From Octopus sinensis (Eukaryota), in the NCBI RefSeq assembly GCF_006345805.1, contig NW_021828419.1:1-8578 (forward strand): a DNA stretch of 8,578 nucleotides. The letters run 5' to 3'. The notes beneath the pieces are model-generated. The model worked only from the letters and a program-made list of their open reading frames with translations. It had not been told where the DNA came from and searched no databases. Made by a program: the position numbers and the translations under genes. Position 1 is the stretch's first letter; each line of letters starts with the position of its first letter. Of this stretch, positions 1 to 6,880 are shown in pieces.

Positions 1-30
1 ATTAATTATTTATTATTATTATTATTATTA
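1..30. repeat. (ATT)n/(TAA)n microsatellite; 3' tail/target of the Dong-like LINE (runs off window edge)
   Basis: Direct reading: attaattatttattattatt...attatta; abuts the LINE 3' end at 31. Confidence 0.97.
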
Positions 31-1290
31 TGTTTTTTTCCTTCTTTCTTCAAAATTTCTTCCGTTTCTCGCCGAGTGTTTTCCATACAACCTAGGACAG
101 AGAAGCTCATTGTATGCATTCCCAGATTACACACAAATTCACAGATGAAATATGTATTTAAAAATAAATAAATAAATAAATTCATGGATGGATTTTGTTT
201 TCACAGCGATAATGCTCTTCTCAGTACATGAGCCATTCCAGTTAATACGATTTTTTGCACTTCCTGTAGGGATGGGAAGTCTGGAATCATTCAAATAGGT
301 TTCAGTACCTTTTTTTATCATTCCTAGATATCCTACAATCACTGGTACTGTAGTCGCCTTGAGATGCCACATTTTTTCAATTTCCATTAGCAAGTCTTTA
401 TATTTACTAATCTTGTCAAATTCTTTCGCTGCTATATTGTGATCGCAAGGAATACTCATGTCAATTAATAAACACATCTTTTTTGTCTGATCTTTTATAA
501 TAATATCCGGTTTATTAGCTTTTATAGTTTTGTCGGTCTGCACGGGGAAGTCCCATAGAATCGACACATTTTCTGCCTCAGTCACAGCTTCAGGATGATG
601 TTTATACCATTTGTCAGCGGTTTTGATTTTATAATGCCGACATATTGTCCAATGTAAATACTGGCCGACTCTGTCATGTCTTGCTTTATATTCTGCAGGT
701 GCTAAGACTCTACACCCTGAAATTAGGTGGTCTATTGTTTCAATCTCATCGTTACAGAATCGGCATTTTGGGTCAGCTCCATTTTTCATCACATTGGTTT
801 GGTAGTTCCGGGTTAATAAGCTTTGGCCTTGAGCAGCTAATATGAAACCTTCACTCTCTGCTTTTAGCCCTGAGCTTCGTAACCACTGGTGCGTGTGTTT
901 CTGGTCGACATCAGCTTGTTTGCTACAGGCCACATACTTGCCATGGAGAGGTTTCTGTTCCCATCTGCTAGCTAAATTTTCATGTGCTTTTGTCTTTGCA
1001 ATTAATTTTCTTTTCTTTGCAGCTGCAGTTGGTGCATTTCCTTCAGTCTGCTCAATCTGGTGAGTATCTAAGAGATCAGCAGCGAATTTTTTGCTCTCTT
1101 TGAGAATAGAGTGAAGTTTTTTAGGTCTTTCATGTTTTTCAACAAGTTTTAGCATCCAATCGTTTGTTGCTTCAAGGTATTTGGCCAGTCCGATTGTGGT
1201 GGTTTTGTATGTAAGTTCAAGCTGGATCAAACCTCGACCTCCCTGAGCTCTGGGAAGGTAAAGGCGATCCACTTCTGCCTTTGGATGGTA

Positions 1291-1293
<3 letters not shown>
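31..1293 (-). mobile_element. 5'-truncated R2-group non-LTR retrotransposon, Dong/R4 clade (RLE-type), inserted in a (TAA)n microsatellite
   Basis: Minus-strand ORF has post-RT motif HPKAEVDRLYLPRAQGGRGL, CCHC knuckle CRFC-x8-H-x4-C (765-712), RHD motif and PD-(D/E)xK nuclease KPDIIIKD...IDMSIP...KEFDKISKY. ~170-nt 3' UTR (200-31) follows. (TAA)n flanks both ends on the element strand. Dong-type R4 elements are known to target TAA repeats. Confidence 0.92.
201..1293 (-). pseudogene. C-terminal part of LINE polyprotein (post-RT linker, zinc knuckle, restriction-like endonuclease); RT domain absent; +1 frameshift near 291
   Basis: Frame is open from 1293 to 292 (...KKGTETYL). After skipping base 291 the frame reads MIPDFPSLQEVQKIVLTGMAHVLRRALSL* (290-201), the typical R4/Dong C-terminus. 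The ORF-track tail NDSRLPIPT... is the out-of-frame read-through. Confidence 0.9.
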
Positions 1294-1325
<32 letters not shown>

Positions 1326-1347
1326 TATTATTATTATTATTATTATT
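1292..1347. repeat. (ATT)n microsatellite between the LINE 5' truncation point and the 473-bp element
   Basis: Direct reading; one register slip near 1320. Confidence 0.97.
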
Positions 1348-1819
1348 GAGTGGGAGCAGTTTATGCCATCAAAGTGACACTGGGGTAAAATATACGAAGC
1401 CCAATATACCCATCATGACTACCCGTCTGATAAGGGTACACCAGGCACATGCATCACAACCATATGTGCGCGACATGGTGATCTCATAAAAAGATAAACA
1501 GCACATGACCTTGCAGGTGGGGCCCAGTTAGAATTTTCTTCTGGTTGAGTAGCCCGTCCCGCTCAAAAGGTCCCTGAATAAGGGTTGTTTAAGGATGTTG
1601 AAAGAACCACTCATGTTTCCAGAGGTGAATTATTCAAACCCCAAAAAATCCCTCTCAACACATGGCTATGATGCTCCCCCACTACTTCAGCTCGTGATCA
1701 GAGATGCACATATGGTCAGCCACTAAGGGACATGCTCAACTGGTTATGGTCAAACAACTGACAAGAAAATCTGTGGTATTGAGCAGAATATTTGCTGTAG
1801 CCCATCTTTTATACCAAGA

Positions 1820-1820
<1 letters not shown>
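1348..1820. mobile_element. Unclassified ~473-bp non-coding interspersed repeat embedded in (ATT)n
   Basis: Complex, moderately GC-rich block with sharp boundaries into (ATT)n on both sides; no credible ORF, no terminal inverted repeats, no clear pol III B box. Resembles a recurrent octopus repeat from memory (not verified by search). Confidence 0.6.
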
Positions 1821-1876
<56 letters not shown>

Positions 1877-1916
1877 CATCATTATTATTATTGTTGTTAT
1901 TAGTATTATTATTATT
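1821..1916. repeat. (ATT)n microsatellite with ATC/GTT/AGT variants
   Basis: Direct reading. Confidence 0.97.
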
Positions 1917-1935
1917 CAGGTCACTGCCTGGAATC

Positions 1936-1938
<3 letters not shown>
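1916..1938 (-). mobile_element. 23-nt 3' remnant of a tRNA-derived SINE-like element with (TAA)n tail
   Basis: Minus strand reads TTCGATTCCAGGCAGTGACCTGA then (ATA)n. TTCGATTCC is a tRNA T-loop/B-box motif followed by an acceptor-stem-like 3' segment. Confidence 0.5.
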
Positions 1939-1967
<29 letters not shown>

Positions 1968-2009
1968 TAATAATAATATAATAATAATAATAATAATAAT
2001 ACTAAGTTA

Positions 2010-2058
<49 letters not shown>

Positions 2059-2062
2059 TAAT
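1937..2062. repeat. (TAA)n microsatellite (opposite polarity to 1821-1916)
   Basis: Direct reading; interrupted by actaagtt at ~2001-2008. Confidence 0.97.
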
Positions 2063-2063
2063 A

Positions 2064-2243
2064 AAGAACTGTTGCTGCTCATGTATTTTAATTTAACTTA
2101 AAAAAAAATTTTTTTTTTTTAAATGAACGAACTATTGAGTTTGGTTTAATGGCCTACCAATGTATACTATGAGTTTCTTTGCCCTAGGAGTCGGGAAGAC
2201 ACTCGGCAAGAAATGGAAGCAAATTTGAAAGAAGAAAAAAAAA

Positions 2244-2244
<1 letters not shown>
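2064..2244 (+). mobile_element. Second, very short 3' end of a Dong/R4-like LINE (related subfamily), flanked by (TAA)n
   Basis: In-window homology to the reverse complement of the first copy's 3' UTR: aatgtatactatgagtttctttgccctagg 25/30 and ggaagacactcggcaagaaatggaagcaaatttgaaagaagaaa 39/44 identical by manual alignment. 2068-2085 encodes TVAAHV, matching TGMAHV near the ORF end of copy 1. Confidence 0.85.

Positions 2245-2273
<29 letters not shown>
2245..2273. repeat. (TAA)n tail of the second Dong-like copy
   Basis: Direct reading. Confidence 0.95.
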
Positions 2274-2277
<4 letters not shown>

Positions 2278-2460
2278 CATCGAAAGATATCTTAGGAATG
2301 AGAACCTAGGTTCGAAATTTCCCCAAGACACCTGATGAAGGCTGGAGGGTTATATCAGCCGAAACGTTGTGTTAACAAACAAGATGAGGACAAAAATCCA
2401 TCAAATGTAAATAATGTAAATAATGTACATAATTTCTCATCTCCTAAACATGGAACTGTG
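2274..2460 (+). mobile_element. Penelope-like element terminal-repeat (pLTR/UTR) fragment
   Basis: Contains a minimal hammerhead motif of the kind carried by Penelope-like elements, plus (AATGTAAAT)x3 at 2404-2430. No coding remnant seen; boundaries approximate. Confidence 0.55.
2327..2373 (+). ncRNA. Minimal type I hammerhead ribozyme motif (Penelope-type)
   Basis: Stem I GACAC(2327-31)/GTGTT(2369-73); core CTGATGA (2332-38) + extra A; stem II GGCTG(2340-44)/CAGCC(2356-60); GAAAC (2361-65); loopless palindromic stem III ACGT; predicted cleavage triplet GTT (2366-68). Confidence 0.7.
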
Positions 2461-2464
2461 TGTG

Positions 2465-2718
2465 GAAATATAGTTCATGGAGCAGACCATCCAACCGTAG
2501 TGGTTTGCTTCCCAAAAGCGGCTCATTACATCTGCCACTTCCTCCGTTAAAGTCGGATCTCGCAACACTTGATCTCTCTGTTCGATAGGCGTCGTATTCC
2601 AGCGAAGTAGGCCCCAAAAGTATAGAACTCCTGGAGATGAGGTCGGCGAAATGCTGCCGAAACACTGCGATCATCTGTTTCGAATCGGAGAGCGGCACCG
2701 TTGCTATGACCCGCTGCC
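2465..2718 (-). pseudogene. Decayed L1/Tx1-like LINE ORF2 relic (endonuclease-RT linker up to the KSPGxDG motif)
   Basis: Colinear peptide blocks in alternating frames: LSDSKQMIAVFRQHFADL (2692-2639), FGAYFAGIRRLSNREIKCCE (2618-2559), LTEEVADVMS (2550-2521), KPLRLDGLLHELYF (2506-2465). They match the order of the L1-clade pattern ...F..HF..L...L...PIT.EEV...KSPGLDGLP.ELY. Confidence 0.6.
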
Positions 2719-2899
2719 TGCATACATATACACACGTACGTATAAGCATACATATATGCCTACAGACAGACAGACATGCATTCGTTACACATGTAGTAAT
2801 AATATGTAGAGGGTAGTTCCTAGGAAATATGAAGAGCGATGAGAGGTGAGAAAACGGACGATTCGAGACCTTGTCCCACGTCTCATTCCAGCACAACGA

Positions 2900-2968
2900 T
2901 ATATTCACACAATAAACTCATACACACAATAAACTCATGTATATTCACACAATAAACTCATACACACA
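2900..2968. repeat. Short minisatellite: three copies of CACACAATAAACTCAT within a 40-bp-period duplication
   Basis: Core at 2906-2921, 2923-2938 and 2946-2961; 2900-2928 = 2940-2968. Confidence 0.88.
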
Positions 2969-3465
2969 CACACACACACATTCACACACAGACACAGACA
3001 CACGCATACATACGCATATTACACATGGGAATCTGCTTATGAGCATATGTGTTTGTTTCTCTGTGTGTGTACGTGAGTGAGACGTGTTCCAGTCTTAAGC
3101 AAGTCTGCATAAAATATGTATAACTGGAAATACCATCGAGGTTGTCGGCAAATGAAAAGGGACACACATCTAAGTGCACACACACTTGCACACACTTTTA
3201 CATACACATCTATGTGTGCATATATATATACATATGTGTTTGTATACATATGTGTGTGTATTTGTATATATATATATTTATATACATACATACATATACT
3301 CATATAATCCAACAGGTATACTAATATATATACATATATGAATTTGCGTCAATGTATGCATGTATATCATTTGTGCGTATGTGAATAAGACGGTATCACT
3401 ATACATACATACATTACATACATACACACACACACACACATACATACATACATACGCACACACAT

Positions 3466-3514
<49 letters not shown>

Positions 3515-3555
3515 AGTTATGGTATATTCCGTTAGAAACGTTGACTCCAACTTCT

Positions 3556-3593
<38 letters not shown>

Positions 3594-3647
3594 GTGTGTG
3601 TGTGTGTTATGTGTGTGCGTATGTATGTATGTATGTGTATGTATATA

Positions 3648-3690
<43 letters not shown>
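2960..3690. repeat. Mixed (CA)n/(TA)n/(TG)n/(CATA)n low-complexity region with short unique spacers
   Basis: Direct reading; source of the spurious YI/CV/HT-repeat ORFs. Confidence 0.9.
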
Positions 3691-4129
3691 TTTCCACATT
3701 CTACCTACCCTGCACTTCTGTGTGCCTCTTTCTCTCTCCTTCTCCTGTGTGTGAGCATGTATATGCATGCACTCGTGTGTGTGTGTTTGTGTATGTGTAT
3801 GAACACGCACATACATCTAAACCGCATACAAGCAGTATATCAAACGTGTACACAATTGTATATAGATCAGTAAGTGGTCATACAGTGTACAGACGCATAC
3901 ATATTTAATGCAATCTATGAATATATTGGTGGGCAGGCGGTGACCGATGAGACCCGGGTTCAAACTATGTTAACCTTTAAATATATCAATTTTCTCAGCA
4001 GGTCTCTCGGCCGTCTTTCTTTACCACTAAATTATATTGATGCTATCGTATTGTTACTTACTTAATCACACTCACAGCTCTTACCCAGTCAAACACCCCA
4101 CCCTTCTTATCTCTTCGCTTTCTACTGGT

Positions 4130-4311
4130 CATATATGTATACGTAACATACACACATACGTATATATTGTGTATATATATATATATATATATATCTATAT
4201 ATATATATATACATACATACACACACACTATATTATATATCCATGCTGAGCTGCATAAATATAGTATACTATACTATATATGTATATATATATATATGTA
4301 TATGATAGATA

Positions 4312-4375
<64 letters not shown>

Positions 4376-4493
4376 TCATATATATGTATATATATGCATT
4401 ATATATATATATATATACACACACATACATTTGCGTGTGTATGTATATATATATGTGTATATATATGTATGTATATATATATATATGTGTATG

Positions 4494-4535
<42 letters not shown>

Positions 4536-4735
4536 CATATATATGTATATATATGCATTTATATTTATATATATATATATACACAAACATACATTTACGT
4601 GTGTATGTACACACATATACACATACGTATATGTGTGCATGCGAGTGAGTGGGTCTATGTCTGACTATATTTGTCTATAAACATAAGCGTGTTCGTGTGT
4701 GTGTGTGTTGTGTGTGTGTGTGTGTGTGCGTGTGC
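4130..4735. repeat. Long (TA)n-dominated compound microsatellite ending in (TG)n
   Basis: Direct reading. Confidence 0.93.
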
Positions 4736-4853
4736 CTTGTATATTCGTCTACGTGTACTTCCGTCTCCCTGTTCATTCATACAATCTAATTAATATTTGA
4801 TATATACAAGACAATCAATTCAAATTATATATTACCATTTTCATCTGGCCATA

Positions 4854-4871
4854 CAGCAGCAGCAGCAGCAG
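4854..4871. repeat. (CAG)6
   Basis: cagcagcagcagcagcag; no surrounding open frame supports a polyQ exon. Confidence 0.9.
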
Positions 4872-4925
4872 CCTTGTTGTTGCTCTTGTTCATGTTATTA
4901 TTCTTATTGTTATGGATGAAGCGGG

Positions 4926-5110
4926 TGTTTAGCCCCAGGCCAGACTTGTTTGATTAGACTAGACCGATGATCAAGATATTCCACCCATACCGTCTGCATT
5001 GGGGAATATTCTATCTTAGGTGTTCGTTTTCAAAGGCGGCTGGATGCGATTGAGGGAAATTTCGCTACTATTTCTAGCAAATAGAGCAACTATGTAGAGG
5101 CTCTCTCATT
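4926..5110. repeat. Degenerate interspersed repeat, class unknown
   Basis: Blocks tgtttagccccagg...gatgatcaag and gattgagggaaatttcgctactatttctagc...tagaggctc resemble a common octopus repeat from memory; no second copy in window. Confidence 0.4.
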
Positions 5111-5149
5111 GTGAAAATCATGTTGTTAATATGGTTGATGAGGTTAGTT

Positions 5150-5269
5150 TTAAATTTTGGCACAAGGCCAGCTGGTACCTTATTTTATCGACTTCTAAAG
5201 GTACGAAAGGCAAAGTAACCTCGTCGGAATTTGAACTCAGAACGTAAAGACGGACGAAATGCCGCTAAA
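5150..5269 (-). mobile_element. tRNA-derived SINE (octopus-type, family B), 5'-truncated and probably internally deleted
   Basis: Minus strand: ttagcggcatttcgtccgtctttacgttctgaGTTCAAATTCCgacgaggttactttgcctttc...gtcgataaaataaggtaccag. Clear B box; the taag(g)taccag block is shared with 6086-6100. Confidence 0.75.
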
Positions 5270-5324
5270 ATTGGCTGGTCACATTGTTGTTAATTATGGT
5301 TTGTTTATTGTTATGGTGATCCAG

Positions 5325-5728
5325 GCATAGACATGGCTGTGTGGTAAAAAGCTGACTTCCAACCACACAGTTTCGAGTTCAATTCCATTGTGTAGCTTGT
5401 TTGGCAAATGTCTTTTACTAAAATCCTGGACCGACCAACGATTTGTGATTAGATTTAGTGAAAAAGAAACTGAAAGAAGCCTGCCGATTATATGTATATA
5501 TGTATATATATGTATTTTTGTCTTTGTGTCCCCACCACCCTTCACATCACTTGACAACTGGCGGTGAAGTGTTTACGTTCCCGTGAGTCAGCGGTTCGAC
5601 GATAGACGCCGATAAAATAAATACTAGACTTAGGGAACATGAGTATTGTGCCAATTTATTTATTCGACTAAAACCTTTCAAGGCAGTTCCCCAGCATGGC
5701 CGCAGTCAACGATTTAAACAAGAAATAA
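5325..5728 (+). mobile_element. Near full-length tRNA-derived SINE (octopus-type, family A)
   Basis: A box TGGCTGTGTGG (5334-44), B box GTTCAATTCC (5377-86), body gaaactgaaagaag, (TA)-rich middle and a 3' part homologous to 6880-7104 (gtgtttacgt.ccc...agcggttcg...ccagcatg..cgcag.caa). Confidence 0.85.
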
Positions 5729-5940
5729 GGGTTAAGGAGAAGCTAAAAGATATCCTTAACGTCTTGGATTTTGTTATTCGCGCAGTTTGCAAAATCTCCC
5801 ATTTAATTTCCTTTCATGTTTGCTATATTTTCAATGTATTTCCTTTGATTGGTTATTACATTCAAAATGTGACCCACCCATAGAATCAGCTGAAAGAACG
5901 ACCTTGTGAATTTAAGACTTTGTAAGTGGCCGAGTATTCC

Positions 5941-6043
5941 AGGCATTGGTCAGTCCGAGACTATAGTCGAAGACATTTATCCAAGGGCCCACGCAGTGAC
6001 ACTGAATCCGGGACCAAGTCTCTTACAACATTGCAACTTCTGC
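5941..6043 (-). mobile_element. Family A SINE 5' fragment with shortened tRNA head
   Basis: Minus strand gcagaagttgcaatgttgtaagagacttg/gtcccggattcagtgtcactgcgtgggcccttggataaatgtcttcgactatagtctcggactgaccaa aligns to 5325-5440 with ~14 nt missing between the A and B boxes. Confidence 0.75.

Positions 6044-6046
<3 letters not shown>

Positions 6047-6086
<40 letters not shown>
6047..6086. repeat. (TA)n microsatellite
   Basis: Direct reading. Confidence 0.97.
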
Positions 6087-6091
<5 letters not shown>

Positions 6092-6191
6092 GTACCAGTT
6101 ACGCACTGGGGTCGATGTAATCGTCTTAATCCCTTTGTCTGTCCTTGTTTGTCCCCTCTGTGTTTAGCCCCTTGTGGGTAGTAAAGAAATA
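6086..6191 (+). mobile_element. 3' half of family B-type SINE
   Basis: ttaagtaccagttacgcactggggtcgatgtaatcgtcttaatccc...ccccttgtgggtagtaaagaaata. Shares taagtac/ctggggtcgat blocks with 5171-5195 (minus) and 6987-7052; recognisable octopus SINE tail. Confidence 0.75.
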
Positions 6192-6203
6192 TATATATAT
6201 ATA

Positions 6204-6309
6204 TGTGGTAAGAAGTTAGTTTCCTCACCTGATGGCTCCGGGTTCAGTCACACTACAAGGCATGTTGGATATTTGGATTTTGTGGAGAGAAACTGAAAGA
6301 AACCCGTCA
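6204..6309 (+). mobile_element. Family A SINE head, internally deleted
   Basis: tgtggtaagaag...ccgGGTTCAGTCacact...gaaactgaaagaaacccgtc aligns to 5339-5482; the B box to gaaactgaaaga distance is 47 nt versus 89 nt in the 5325 copy. Confidence 0.75.
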
Positions 6310-6350
6310 CTGGGGATATAAATTCATCATTACAATTTTCTGACTTCTTC

Positions 6351-6438
6351 CTCTCTGATGACGAAATACCTAGTTTACGGAATCCTTGTTCAGTATCATG
6401 ATCTACATGCTTGGCTATTCTAGAAACAGCTGTATGAG
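6351..6438 (+). ncRNA. Degenerate hammerhead ribozyme motif with long stem II (Penelope-type)
   Basis: CTGATGA (6355-61); imperfect stem II gaaatacctag(6363-73)/cttggctattc(6410-20); GAAAC (6423-27); palindromic stem III ACAGCTGT (6426-33); triplet GTA (6432-34); stem I CTCT/TGAG with a U-U mismatch at the cleavage site. Confidence 0.5.
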
Positions 6439-6697
6439 ATTCTACTTGTTTAAACTCTTTGCCAAATGTTTTAATTTTATTATTTTTGATTAAAAATATT
6501 TTGCACTTTCATTTTTTTTAAATTTTAATCGTTATCATCCACTCGAGGATAATCCACTTATAGCCGCCTTTAATAGCAAGTCTGAACACCACATTTTTCA
6601 GTTGCAGTTCAAGCCAGAGTTTTAGTGATAAATAAAACTGAGCACTCATAGTACATACCTATTTACTATATTGAGTTGACGAAAACTTTCCGTGTGC

Positions 6698-6700
6698 ATA

Positions 6701-6762
<62 letters not shown>

Positions 6763-6880
6763 TATATATATATATATATACCTATAAATATAAATATGAA
6801 ACAATTTGGAAAAAAATAGTACTCCAGGTAGAGTAATATGCTTTATAAAGTATATATTATATATATAAAGTATATAAAGT
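6698..6880. repeat. (TA)n microsatellite and TA-rich low-complexity flank
   Basis: Direct reading. Confidence 0.88.

Noticed and set aside
139-291. C-terminal 50 aa of the 384-aa ORF call (NDSRLPIPT...FKYIFHL)
   Set aside because: Out-of-frame read-through after the frameshift at 291; the real LINE C-terminus is in the adjacent frame and stops at 201.
645-1063. Plus-strand ORFs of 66 and 73 aa
   Set aside because: Antisense shadows of the LINE ORF with no recognisable motifs.
1769-1820. Possible HDV-like ribozyme at the minus-strand start of the 473-bp element (GTCTTGG pairing with CCACAGAT, G.U at the base)
   Set aside because: P1 needs a bulge, it is not followed by the GG of P1.1, and no P2/P3 nesting or J4/2 catalytic C context could be found.
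1704-1970. 88-aa ORF with poly-Ile
   Set aside because: Translation of the (ATT)n/(ATA)n microsatellite.
2836-2852. Donor-like GAG|GTGAGA
   Set aside because: No convincing upstream acceptor or open exon; an isolated splice motif is expected by chance.
3870-3875. Perfect donor hexamer GTAAGT
   Set aside because: No supportable exon upstream (microsatellite-rich, no acceptor or frame).
3927-3966. tRNA/SINE-like or hammerhead-like stretch (ccgatgagacccgggttcaaac)
   Set aside because: The A box is poor, there is no cloverleaf, and the hammerhead core lacks U4 and G12.
2982-4680. Numerous 60-180 aa ORFs rich in Y/I/C/V/H/T
   Set aside because: Artefacts of stop-free (TA)n/(CA)n/(TG)n repeats.
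6355-6366. CTGATGACGAAA read as a compact hammerhead
   Set aside because: No room for stem II; the GAAAC at 6423 gives the only coherent fold.
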